From the NCBI GenBank assembly GCA_963733675.1, contig CAVTET010000001.1:384001-448000 (forward strand): a DNA stretch of 64,000 nt, written 5' to 3'. The position numbers and the translations under genes are program-made. Origin of the DNA: an uncultured Methanosarcinaceae archaeon. GTDB lineage: Archaea > Halobacteriota > Methanosarcinia > Methanosarcinales > Methanosarcinaceae. Positions 35,124-45,945 of this stretch are shown in pieces (within the stretch, counting starts at the first letter, position 1; each line of letters starts with the position of its first letter). The notes below the pieces were generated by a model. It had not been told where the DNA came from. It was given only the letters and a program-made list of their open reading frames with translations, and ran no database searches.

Positions 35124-35597
35124 TTACAAATCTACATTCTGTTTTTCCAACTCCAAAAGATGTGCCTTTATTTGAAGCCCCAACCTGTAACCAGTCAACT
35201 TTCCATTTGAGCCGATCACAAGGTGGCAGGGGATCAAAATTGGAATTGGATTATGGTTACTTGCAAGCCCTATTGCTCTTGATGCATTTTTATTGCCAAT
35301 GCTCTGTGCTATTTTTTGATAACTTCGCGTTTCACCATATGGAATTGTGCATATACTTTTCCAGACGCACAGCAGAAAATCTGTTCCCGAGAGAGCAAGT
35401 GGGAGCGTAAAATTTTTTCTTCTGCCTAAAAGATAGCTCTGCAGCTGTTCACCTGCTTCTTTCAGTAGCTCTGTTTCATATACTACAACATCTTGAGGGA
35501 TATTTTCTCTTTGAAAATACAGATTTGTGATAAAGCTTCCTTCTTCGATTATTCCTATCCTCCCTATGTAGGTTTTATAAAAAAACATTTTCTTCAT
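35124..35597 (-). CDS. ogt: O6-methylguanine-DNA--protein-cysteine methyltransferase
   Basis: IPYGETRSY, RAIG, NPIPILIPCH and GKLTGY. Active-site motif reads PCHL instead of PCHR. Confidence 0.9.
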   Translation of the reverse strand: MKKMFFYKTYIGRIGIIEEGSFITNLYFQRENIPQDVVVYETELLKEAGEQLQSYLLGRRKNFTLPLALSGTDFLLCVWKSICTIPYGETRSYQKIAQSIGNKNASRAIGLASNHNPIPILIPCHLVIGSNGKLTGYRLGLQIKAHLLELEKQNVDL

Positions 35598-36207
35598 GTC
35601 TATTGATCCCCCTTAATTAAATCTCATTTTTGTACCTGCATTTGAAGTATATTAGATCATTCTAATAAACTGCTATGCTCATTTTCTTATTTTTGTATTT
35701 TTTTTGCATTATTCATCAGAAAGGGTCAACTAGTTACTTATGGTAATTGGTGACACCTCTATAAAATCTGCAATGTCCTCATCTCTTATTCCCTTTTAGC
35801 CATTCTAATGGCTAACTCAATTATTAATCTAATCCGTACGAAGGTCATAATAAAGTATTTATAATAGCACGAAAGGTTCTATGTAACTACGGCAGATACA
35901 TTCGAATATTCTTGTTATATCTGCTCTGTAAGAAAGTGGGTATGAACATACCCATTGCTTTCAGCTTGATGCCCCACATAAATTTTGATCACTTATATAA
36001 CCACTATATAACTATCGCTTGAAGAAACATGTCTTTATTGGGAAAAAATATATAGGATAAATTTAGAATAGCGCAATGATATTGCAAAAGGTTTCCTCAA
36101 GGTATTGTATTTTGAGAATGAAAAAAATTTTGCAAATATATGTTGCTATTTGAAGAAGAATAAAGGGAAAGTATTTTTTGTAAAAGCTCTCAAGAAGATG
36201 GGATAAA

Positions 36208-36993
36208 ATGAAAAAATCACTTATTGATTTAGCATTTCTTTCAGAAAAAAGAAAGGATGTGTTGCTCCTGTTGGAAGAAGGGCCTAAATCAGGGGATGAT
36301 ATCAAAACAGCCCTTAACGTCAAATCGACTTCTATTATGCCTCAGATAAAAAAATTGAAGGATGGACACCTAATAGTACAGGATAAAAGAAACGTCTACA
36401 AGCTCTCTGGTATGGGAGATCTATTACTCGAAAAGATGGAGCCTCTACTGGATACCGTGAGAGTTTTTGAGGAAAATTACGATTACTGGGTAAACCATAA
36501 CCTCACTGTGATTCCTGAATACCTCCTTAACAGGATTAATGAACTAGGTAACTATTTCATGCTTGAAGCTGATCTTAACCGACTTTTTGAAATACCTGAA
36601 GATTTAAAAAGTAACCTCTTAGGATCTCGGTATATAAAAATATTTATTTCATATTTCAACCCTCTTTATCTTGAAATTTGTTCTGAAATCGTAAGAAAAG
36701 GAACTGAATTGCACCTCATCCTGACAGAACCGATTTTTATCAGGATGGAAAAAGACTACTATGAAAATCTGAAGTTTCTTATAGAATCAAAAAATACTGA
36801 AATCTATATTTGTAACAAAAAAGTAAACCTCGAAAATGTTGTAACAGAGCGTTTCTGTTCGCTTGTGCTTTTCGACAAAAAGGGGAAGTTTGATCATCAA
36901 CGCTTGATTGATTATGACGAAAGTGCAATTAAGTGGTGCGAAGAGCTCTTCTTGTACTATGAAGAGATGTCATTGCTTCTGGAAAAATTATAA
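36208..36993 (+). CDS. Winged-helix transcriptional regulator, Methanosarcinales DUF1724/FilR1-like family
   Basis: FLSEKRKDVLLLL.EGP, MPQIKKL, DYW.NHNL..IPEYLL.RI.EL and AIKWCEELF.YY. Confidence 0.8.
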   Translation: MKKSLIDLAFLSEKRKDVLLLLEEGPKSGDDIKTALNVKSTSIMPQIKKLKDGHLIVQDKRNVYKLSGMGDLLLEKMEPLLDTVRVFEENYDYWVNHNLTVIPEYLLNRINELGNYFMLEADLNRLFEIPEDLKSNLLGSRYIKIFISYFNPLYLEICSEIVRKGTELHLILTEPIFIRMEKDYYENLKFLIESKNTEIYICNKKVNLENVVTERFCSLVLFDKKGKFDHQRLIDYDESAIKWCEELFLYYEEMSLLLEKL

Positions 36994-37020
36994 TTGCCTT
37001 TCTACCAATCATTTTTTGAA

Positions 37021-37398
37021 TTAATCTGAGTATTCTCCAAGATACTTGTCGATCAGTATCCTGAACTTGTTAATATCAATAGGTTTAGAGATATAATCCA
37101 CACAGCCCATTTCAATGAAATGTTCTTCACTGCCCTTCATAGCGTGGGCTGTAACAGCTATCACAGGGATATATGCAGTTGAAGGGTTATTTTTAATTCT
37201 TTCTAAAACCTCAAGGCCGTCCATTTTTGGAAGTTGCATATCTAACAGGATGATGTCGAATCTTTCCTCAGCAAGGCGCTCAAGGGCTTTAATCCCATCC
37301 TCAGCCTCAGTTACATTATGACCATAGAATTCTAGAAGGTCTAGAATCAGTTCCATATTCATGGGATTATCTTCAACAATCAGGATTTTTTTCATCAT
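37021..37398 (-). CDS. Single-domain response regulator (DivK/CheY-like)
   Basis: ILIVEDN, ILLDMQLP.MDG, VTAHA and ISKP. Overlaps the kinase stop. Confidence 0.92.
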   Translation of the reverse strand: MMKKILIVEDNPMNMELILDLLEFYGHNVTEAEDGIKALERLAEERFDIILLDMQLPKMDGLEVLERIKNNPSTAYIPVIAVTAHAMKGSEEHFIEMGCVDYISKPIDINKFRILIDKYLGEYSD

Positions 37399-40300
37399 TA
37401 ATCCTCTTAAGCATAGTTAATTGTTTCATTCTATTAATTAAGTCTGTTCTTACAAAAGTGCCTTCTTTCATAATAGAAATTAAATGCTCTTTCAATTCAC
37501 CATTCAACTCATCAATATTCTTCTCAGTAAACTCTCCAGAAGTGCACACAATAAGAGGGATATCTTTTGTGTGTACATCTGCTCTTAGGCTGGAGATGAT
37601 ATCAAATCCACTTATTTCTGGCATCATGAGATCAAGGATTAGGATATCAGGTTTCCTATCTGAATAGAGCATTTGTAGACCTTCCTTACCACAATAAGCC
37701 TTAATCACTTCAAATCCCTCAGGTTCAATCATGGAGTTCAACAATTCCACAGTGTTCTTATCATGGTCTACAATAAGAACACTTGGATGTCTTAACCTGA
37801 GCTTATTGGCGATTTCTTTTAGTGAACCCACCAATTCAGCTCTTTTTACTGGTTTTTTAAAAGAATATGTTGCTCCAAGAGCAATTCCAAGCTCGTTATT
37901 ATTGGTGGTTGAAATAATAAGTATAGGAGTTGAGGCAGTATAAGAGTCATTTTTTAGCTGCTTCAAAATAAGCCATCCATTAGTGTCCGCCAGGAAAATA
38001 TCAAGTACAATAATAGAGGGTTTGAGTCTCTTTGCAACATTTAATGTATTTTTTCCACAGTAAAGAGAAGCTACACTATATCCAGTCTTTTTGAGGATAG
38101 TTGAAAGAAGTTCGTTAGAATTTCTGTCGTCATCGACTACCAGAACAAGTCCCTGTTCTTCATTTTTCTTTTCAGGAGTCTGTATTTCAGGTAGCTCTAT
38201 TTCTTCCTGCAAATTTTCGCTACATCCGATTATAGAAAGAGCTTTTGCTTTGTTCATTTCGAATTCAATAATTATATCTTCGAGTCCGATCTCGTTAGCT
38301 TTCCTGGGCTCTACCGGTTTTTTTAGAGGAATTGCAAATATAAAGATACTCCCCTTCTCAACATTGCTTTCAATCCAGATATCTCCTTGATGCATGTTTA
38401 TAATTTTCTTTACAAGAGCAAGCCCAAGACCTGTTCCACAATACTGTCTAGATGCAGAGGCATCAATCTGGGTAAATGGTTGAAAAAGTTTTCGTTGGTC
38501 TTCAGGAGAAATGCCTATACCAGTATCTATCACTGAAATAAATGCTCTACTTCCACGTTTTTTACACGAAAGATATATTTTTCCATCTTCTGGAGTAAAT
38601 TTGACTGCATTGCTAACGAGATTATAAAGCACCTGGATAAGGCGACTTCTGTCAGCTTCCAGAGTTGTAACGGATTCTATCCTGAAAGCTATTTCAATGG
38701 ATTTTTTCTGGGCAAGAGGAGCCAGAACTGCTATGACTTCCTCAAAAACAGAATTAACAGAAAATTCACTATAGTGAAGTTCCATTTTTCCGGCTTCTAC
38801 TTTAGAGAGATCCAAAATATCATTTATAAGTTCCAGTAAATGTTTCCCACTGGTAGAGATATTATTTATGTATCTCATTTGTTTTTCATTAAGTTCTCCA
38901 AAAACCCTATCAAGCAAAATGTCCGAAAACCCTATAATGGAATTCAGAGGCGTCCGTAATTCATGACTCATATTAGCAAGAAATTCACTCTTAGTACGGT
39001 TGGCTCCTTCAGCTTCTAATTTCGCCTGAAGCAGCCTTTCCTCCGAACGCTTATAAGCGGTAATATCAAGACCTGTTTGCAGGATACCAGTAATCCTGCC
39101 GTCTTCACTTCTAATAAGATTTGCGCAGATCATCCAGACTTTTCCTTCTGGAGTGACGACTTCCCCTAACTCTCCAGCTCCTGATTCAAGAGCTTTTCTT
39201 ACATAAGACTTACCGGAAATCTCGTCATGCATAGTGAAAAATTTTTCATAATTATATCCTACAACTTCCTCGAGTTTTAAACCTATATATTCCAGAGAAG
39301 CCTTGTTTGCCCAGACAATTTTCAACTCAAGGTCTACAAAAACCATGAGTTCACTTAGAGAGTTAAGAATAGCCTTTTTTTCATGTTCCTGAGCTTTAAT
39401 TTTATCAGAAGTTATTTTAAGATGATCAAGCATCCGGTTTATCCCTTGTGTCAATCTTGAAAGCTCATCATCTCCACTCATAGAATAGCGTGCCGCAAAA
39501 TCTTCGCTCTCCCCTACTCTTTCGACATATCTGTCGATAAGAACTATCCGAGACACTACTTCTCTGTCAAGAAGAAGCTTGCAGCATGCTCCAACCATCA
39601 ATCCTGCAAACAAAAGAAATATAACTATGTACCTGATGGATTTCTGGCCTTCAGCATAAATGTTCCTATCAGAATCCGTCCGAATAATAAAAGCTGGGTT
39701 TCCATTAATATCTTCATTGATAAAATAACCAGCTACCTTATTTTCTTTGACAGTGCGCGTAAAACTCCTGTTTTTGTTTTCTAAAAAGGCTTGCTGGAAC
39801 TCAGGAAGTGAGCTGTTATACTTGTAGAGCAAAACCCGGTTTCCAGTTATAACCTGTAAATACTCTATAAAATTAGTATCCAGATTCTCGCCCAGGATAA
39901 TTGTTCCGATTATTTCGTTACTATTAGGTGCTGCAAGCACAGGCCGACATGAGATAATTACAGGCCCCTTTTCCAGTGCAAGGATCCCTTTTAAACGACA
40001 TTTCTCGTCCTTACATAGGAAGCTTTTATTAACTATTCCCGGGTCTATTTGAGAACGGATTAAGGCATTACTAGTATTGTTTGAACTCGAAATCTGAGAG
40101 TATATTATATTCCCTGAACTATTCACACAAAAAATAAAGTCGTACTCCCTTGGGGAGAACAGATCAGTGAGCAAAACTTTGCTGAGGGATTCGCGATCTT
40201 GATTAAGCACAAAGGCCCTGATATCTTCCCTTGAAGATAGGATAGAGTTAGTATTATCCAGTTGTGCAGTCTGTAAATCAATTATATGTTTCACATTTTT

Positions 40301-40438
40301 CGCGTTATCAATTGCTTCTTTTTCCTCTAGGTGGGAGAAGCTTGAATAGAGAATTCCCTGAGATGCAAAAATAACAACAGAAGTTAGAAGAGCAAAAATA
40401 ACATAGATGATAACAAGGACCTTTTTACTAACATTCAT
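37373..40438 (-). CDS. Membrane hybrid histidine kinase (TM-CHASE4-like-TM-HAMP-PAS-HisKA-HATPase-REC-REC)
   Basis: FLANMSHELRTPL H-box, NLVSNAVKFT, DTGIGI and GTGLGL boxes, DELSRL..GINRML HAMP, two C-terminal receiver domains. Confidence 0.92.
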   Translation of the reverse strand: MNVSKKVLVIIYVIFALLTSVVIFASQGILYSSFSHLEEKEAIDNAKNVKHIIDLQTAQLDNTNSILSSREDIRAFVLNQDRESLSKVLLTDLFSPREYDFIFCVNSSGNIIYSQISSSNNTSNALIRSQIDPGIVNKSFLCKDEKCRLKGILALEKGPVIISCRPVLAAPNSNEIIGTIILGENLDTNFIEYLQVITGNRVLLYKYNSSLPEFQQAFLENKNRSFTRTVKENKVAGYFINEDINGNPAFIIRTDSDRNIYAEGQKSIRYIVIFLLFAGLMVGACCKLLLDREVVSRIVLIDRYVERVGESEDFAARYSMSGDDELSRLTQGINRMLDHLKITSDKIKAQEHEKKAILNSLSELMVFVDLELKIVWANKASLEYIGLKLEEVVGYNYEKFFTMHDEISGKSYVRKALESGAGELGEVVTPEGKVWMICANLIRSEDGRITGILQTGLDITAYKRSEERLLQAKLEAEGANRTKSEFLANMSHELRTPLNSIIGFSDILLDRVFGELNEKQMRYINNISTSGKHLLELINDILDLSKVEAGKMELHYSEFSVNSVFEEVIAVLAPLAQKKSIEIAFRIESVTTLEADRSRLIQVLYNLVSNAVKFTPEDGKIYLSCKKRGSRAFISVIDTGIGISPEDQRKLFQPFTQIDASASRQYCGTGLGLALVKKIINMHQGDIWIESNVEKGSIFIFAIPLKKPVEPRKANEIGLEDIIIEFEMNKAKALSIIGCSENLQEEIELPEIQTPEKKNEEQGLVLVVDDDRNSNELLSTILKKTGYSVASLYCGKNTLNVAKRLKPSIIVLDIFLADTNGWLILKQLKNDSYTASTPILIISTTNNNELGIALGATYSFKKPVKRAELVGSLKEIANKLRLRHPSVLIVDHDKNTVELLNSMIEPEGFEVIKAYCGKEGLQMLYSDRKPDILILDLMMPEISGFDIISSLRADVHTKDIPLIVCTSGEFTEKNIDELNGELKEHLISIMKEGTFVRTDLINRMKQLTMLKRINDEKNPDC

Positions 40439-40751
40439 ACTTTATACTCGGATGATATGTATTATATTTGAGTATTAGGAAGAGTTATAAAATAAATTGT
40501 TAACAAATACTCTTAAAGGAAATACTATATAAAAGTTTTTAACCTGAGTATGACTCTAAATGCCTTCAATTTAGATGCCATTTTTACAAATCACAATAAA
40601 ATGAAAAAATTATTGAAGGTAATGGAATCATTTATTATAACAGAATAGTTTTTACAGTATATCCTAACGAAAATTAATCCTTCCTAATTTTGGATCAAGC
40701 TAATTTGACTAAACTTATGAATATGTATTATTTTATCATTTACAAATCGCC

Positions 40752-41435
40752 GATGGACACGAATATCTAATCCAACAGATGGAGGATAAAGTGAACATTC
40801 GACTCTTTTTATTTTCATTCAAACCTCTAAATCACCGTTTATTTGTAAAGTGAATTTGTTTCTGACACCATGGTCAGATATGGGTATCAACACATCAGAC
40901 CGAGATTTGATGCGTATCGGAATTTAGGGCTTTAGCTAGGGATACGATCAGATAACCACTCGCATAATTTTCGCGCCTAAGTATCGATACAATATATGAC
41001 TACAATGAGTAAATTAAAAAGGATTGGGGGCCAGCTCTACCACCAATTGCATGGAGCAAATAAAAAATTCATTCTATGTGATAAGTAGAATCTAGATTTC
41101 ACTCGTTCCTTAATTTCATCCAAGCAGCTCTTTATCCGAGGTAGTTAAATATTTGAAAGGAAATATTTCTTAAAGACTTTTAAAACTTCATACTGAACTG
41201 GAAAACTAGATTGTAATGTGATTCCCATAGTCGAATGGTAAGTTTTATCGATCCTCTGTGGATGTCCAGCTAAGTATAAAAAACTATATTCGTGAATGTC
41301 AGAAGGAGCCGAAAGCAGAGTTTTAATCACCCAGATTAAAAAAAATGTGTTCAAATAAGAATCGACAATTTATGATTTTCGACAAAACTAGAAGGCAGCT
41401 AGAAGCATCCCCATCCTTTTTAGTGTGTGATGTTT
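40752..41435 (+). pseudogene. Degenerate IS200-type element, second copy
   Basis: GYDQITTRIIFAPKYRYN, FHPSSSLSEVVKYLKG and KFYRS fragments. The leader aligns with 29445-29600. Right-end remnant GAAGCATCCCCATCCTTTTTAG. Confidence 0.7.
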
Positions 41436-41469
41436 CCTTGCTGTCCCTTGCAGAGAGTTTAAGGCAGTT

Positions 41470-41800
41470 TTCCAGGAGTTTTCAAACTGTATTAATTTTT
41501 ATATACCGAAGGTTATTTCAGTCGAATACCCAGCAGTTTGCTGTGGAGATGGAAACTTCCCTGAAAAAAGTCATTGATTAACTAATTTATACGTTAAGCT
41601 ACCTTTCCAACATAAAATGTAATTACGTCATGCAAATTATTGCGTATATAATATAAGATATCAAATAATTTTTGGTTATGAAATATTGGGGAAAATTTAT
41701 TTTAGACAATTATATCATCAACTATTTGAAATATATATTCTTTGAGATTGGTAAAAGGTATTTTTTGAGTTTGATATAATCGGTAATAATGGTGATAATG
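41470..41800. repeat. About 300-bp dispersed repeat, copy 2
   Basis: Colinear with 27651-27950. Contains the imperfect palindrome CCCAGCAGTTTGCTGTGG. Confidence 0.65.
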
Positions 41801-42440
41801 GTCACCTTTTCGTTGGTGCTGAACCAAAATAATATCCTCTGGGAGTGAGAAAATTATAAAAAGAATCATAGAGTTATGAAGTCGTTGTTTTAAATCTTCT
41901 AATCAGATCATGATCTCTGTCCATTATGCTATAAAATTTATATCCAAAATATAACTTATTACCTTTTTGTCAAGTGTCAGTCTATGCTCCTTCTTTTTTT
42001 GCTTTATTTTCTCGAGGTTTATACGCTTTTGAATGTCACGAATCTGAATGAATAAAGAACGATCAGAATGTAGCAGTGTTTATATATGCACTCAGAAGAA
42101 TCAAGAAATTTCCTGAAAAAATATCTCGATAAATTATTTTTCAAGTTCAAAATCTGAAAGACCATGTCATTGAGGTAAAACAATCATTTTAAAAATAATG
42201 ATTACTTTAGCTCTGTGTCTTTCTCAAAAAAATTTCCTATTTAATATATGGCTCAAAAATGATGTGAAAAGGTTTCTAATAAATTGGGGAATCAATTTCA
42301 GTAAGTTTGCCCCCAACTGACTTAAGATGTTTTTATGCTTGCTTAATAGCAAAATCAGTAAAAATTTTCACTAGTGAAATTATTGTTCAAAGATTTAACT
42401 TCTCCAATAATCAAAAGCATTTGAGTATTTATTAAAATTA
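41800..42440 (-). pseudogene. IS5-family transposase relic, 5' part
   Basis: Colinear with 43560-44230. Fragments FRKFLDS, FGYKF and RGY. Confidence 0.65.
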
Positions 42441-42740
42441 CTATAATGTTTAAGAAAAAGATAAGATTCCTGGTAGAATTACGATATGAACAAAGATGTA
42501 ATTAATTTGGCATATATATTCTACTAGTAAAGCAACTATTCATTCGGAAAATCCATAGCAACTATATTTTGAATAAAAACAACTGGAATAATAGATTTAA
42601 CAGAAAGATTGGAGAATCAGAGCTCGAATAAAAACAAAATTGAGGGGATTGAGGACTAGGAGAAAAATAAGGAAATATAATTCAAAAAATACATACTCTT
42701 AAACATGATAGTTTATGGCGAAAATAAAAAAAATATTTCA

Positions 42741-42815
42741 TGGGATAGCGCGGATTTGAACCGCGGTCCAAGCGTCCCAAACGCTCGAGGATGGACCAAG
42801 CTACCCTACTATCCC
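42741..42815 (-). tRNA. tRNA-Pro(UGG)
   Basis: Reverse complement GGGATAGTAGGGTAGCTTGGTCCATCCTCGAGCGTTTGGGACGCTTGGACCGCGGTTCAAATCCGCGCTATCCCA: acceptor GGGATAG/CTATCCC, anticodon loop TTTGGGA, T-loop GTTCAAATC. No intron, CCA not fully encoded. Confidence 0.95.
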
Positions 42816-43101
42816 AAGGGTATCTCATTCCAAAGGTTATTCTCCCTTATATAATTTTCGTTAGAATAGGGAGATGTTATTCTTTCTCTGAGAAACAAAA
42901 TTTTTCGTTCTGTATAATTATTTAGCTACTTCAAATCATTCTATTAAGGTTTTTTTCGAGTTTTTCAAAAAGATGTGATTGTAAATCAATTAATAACTGA
43001 TTGGCATAAATAATAGCTAACAGCAAATAAACCTACATATTGAATTTTGTGGGGGATGGCTAAAATAATTTTTTCCCAAGCTTGTAGTTACCTTTTTCTT
43101 T

Positions 43102-44234
43102 AAAGAATTTTTTTATCTCTGATTTCTTTTCTTCGCGGGAAATTTGTTCAAATCTGTCTCACTAATTTTTGTATTTAACCCAATTTTTTTCTGAATCATT
43201 ATTCTTTGATTCTAAAGGTAACTTCTAACATTCTTACAATACTCCTTTAATTCTCAATGTAATCAAATGATAGAGATTATAGTAAAAAGCTGTACACAGA
43301 ATCTTCAGATTCACTCTTTGAACAGTCGTAAAAGAACTTTTTCTACTTTGAATATCTTTTTACTTATTGAATGAACTCGTTCCATTTGAGCTCTTTTTAA
43401 GCAGATCCTTTTTTTCTGAATATATCACTCATTCCCAGAAAATGTTCTTTTATACCTCTTTTTATTGTTGCATCATAACCTTTTTATTTTGCTCCAAAAT
43501 ATCCTCTGCCTCTGTAAACTGCTTCATTAAAATTATATTCAAATCTATCTGAGTAAGAAGTGATTAAATCGCTGTTTTGAATTTTTGATAAGCTCACGAT
43601 CTCTGTAAATTATGTTATGAAATTTATATCCAAAGTGTGATTTATTATCCTTTTTTCCATGTTTCTTCTCTGTATCTTCTTGTTTTGCTTCATTTTATAA
43701 AGGGTTATCCGCTTTTGCATGTCCAGTATTTGAATAAACAAGTGTAGCTTTTTGAATGATTGTTTTTTTATTTTCACATCAGGCAATTAAGTTGCATTTA
43801 CAGCTGTCCAAATGTTTCCTCTTCTTTGCACTTATCAATAATTCTTTTTATGAATGATCAGAATTTGGTTCTTTATGAAATGTGACCAGAAAAACCAAGA
43901 AATTTTCTGAAAGAAGTTCGATCAATACGTTGTTTCTCAAGTTCGAAGTTGGAAAAACCATGTAATCGCTGTAAAAATGTATTTAAATATAATGACTACT
44001 TCAGCTTCATGTCTGCCTCAGAAAACTGTTTTATCAAAATATATGGACTCAAAAATGATAAGAAAAGATTTCTAAGCAATTAAGTAATCAATTTCAGCAA
44101 GTTTTCTGAAACTTACTTAAGATGCTTATATTATTATTTAAGAGCAAAATCAATAAGAGCTTTCAAAGTATAAATTGTTGTTAAGAAATTTAAACTATCC
44201 AATAAGAAAATACATATGAGTTTATAGTAATTCT
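43102..44234 (-). pseudogene. Full-length degenerate IS5-family element
   Basis: Fragments IDFAL, SNFELEKQRIDRTSFRKFLGF, GHAKAD, SHFGYKFH, RGYFGAK and TLRIKGVL*. Many stops, eroded inverted termini. Confidence 0.75.
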
Positions 44235-44365
44235 TTATTGTATTTATATACATAGAACTCTGCAGGAAATGAGCCTTCCTCTTTTTTCCTATTTCAAACT
44301 TACAATCTTGATTCTCGACTAACAAAAAGTAGATACATTTTTTGGAGAAATCCATTTCAAGACCC

Positions 44366-45323
44366 TCATTTATTCCCTAAAACCTGAAAATATTTCTCAA
44401 GCAGAGGCAAAACTATTTTTTCCAGTTTTACCTTATCCTTAAGGGCCTCAGTCCAGGAGACAGGCACTGCCTCAATTCCCAGCATCGCTCCAAGAATACC
44501 TCCTACAACACTGCCTACTGAGTCTGAGTCTCCTGTGATGTTTACTGCGGTTTGGACCGCTTTTCTGTAGTCTTTAGGATAATGCAAAATACAGAAATAT
44601 GCAAGAGCAAAAGTTTCATCCGCATACCAGCCCTGCCCGAGTTTCTTCAGCGCATCTTCGTCCCCAATGACAGAATGAGCGATTTTGTAAGAATTTTTCA
44701 GGGCTTTAGTGAATTTCTGAGAAATTCCTTCAGTAACGTTAAGAATTGGTTTAAACATTTCCCTCGGTTCCACTCCATCAAGAGCTAGCTTCACTATATA
44801 AGCACCTGCAATAGATGCAGCATCTGAAATTGGGTGTGAATGAGTAATTCTGCCTGAAAATAAAGCTGTTTTGATTAGTTTTTCAGGGCTATTCCGATAA
44901 ATGAAACCTATAATCCCAACTCGCATCAGGCTCCCGCATGTTTTAGATCTGATCCCGGACTTGTTCCAGTGAATGCCTTCCCTCAGCCTCATAGCTGCAC
45001 CTTTGGAAGTTACTCCTGCTCCCTGTCAGGTTCTTCTAGCCAGAGAACAAGTTCCTCTGCAATATAGCCCATAAGTTCAGGAAGCTCAAGTTTTGCTCCT
45101 CTCAATAGGCTCCTTGAAAGTACAAGCATTAACTGAGTATCATCTGTCCAGGGAGACTCTGGAAGAGGCTCGAGAATCCCTTTTTCCCCGTACTTTTTTT
45201 TAATCTCCTCAAGGTTAAGATGTTCAACAGGAAGCCCTAGGGCATCCCCGCAAGCACTGCCGAATAGATGCCCCTTAGCTTTTTTTCGATATCCAGAGTG
45301 TCCTGTAAATTTCTTTTTTTCAT
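44366..45323 (-). pseudogene. ADP-ribosylglycohydrolase (DraG/ARH family), frameshifted
   Basis: N-terminal GSACGDALG and WTDDTQ lie in a different frame from C-terminal CGSLMR, ITH and GDSDS. Frameshift near 45025 (PD/GAGVTSKG) and another near the A-run after ATG 45323. Confidence 0.85.
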
Positions 45324-45599
45324 TGTTCCAATACCATACTACGTTGACCCCTGCTTTTATAATTGCTTAACTGTATATTAAATCGAAGAGGGTCTAGATA
45401 AACTCAAATTTTTGACTGGTAGTATATAATATCTATATTGGACTGTATATTCCAATAGTTCCGGAAAAATAGCTTCATCCAATATTATACAGTACAAAAA
45501 AGTATTCATCTGATTTCGATATTCTGTAAAAATAAGATGTATTAGTTGAATATCAAAACTTTATCTATTATCATGAGCTCCAACATCAAAATATTTAAA

Positions 45600-45945
45600 A
45601 AAGTGCCCGCATTTTCCACATTATTTCAAAAAATGTTCTCTTGGCCAAGAATAATCATTAACCATATATAAAATCGTTCCTTGATGAACCTTCTTGACTG
45701 CCGGGTCTCTTACTATCTTTTTTGTATCTACTCTTGGGATTACTCTTGGGATGGGGTTTCTTTTTGACAGAGTACTCATTTGAAGGAGATTTGCTACTGC
45801 TACGATTGTTTAGATTTAAGCGAAATTCTAATAAGACGATCTTTCAGTGAGTTCTGAATTTGATATTCAAGACTTTCAATAATAAGCAACAACTTTAGGA
45901 TTTGAAGCACAAAGAACAAGAATCTCTTTTGTTTTATCAGCAATA
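45600..45945 (-). pseudogene. IS66-family transposase N-terminal relic
   Basis: Fragments EILVLCASNPKVVAY, LEYQI, NNRSSSKSPSNEYSVKKKPHPKS, PGSQEG and CGKCGH. Confidence 0.65.

Noticed and set aside
41145-44355. ORF-track calls 41145-41354, 41345-41581, 43367-43552 and 44134-44355
   Set aside because: They overlap IS200/IS5 relics or repeats and have no protein-like features.
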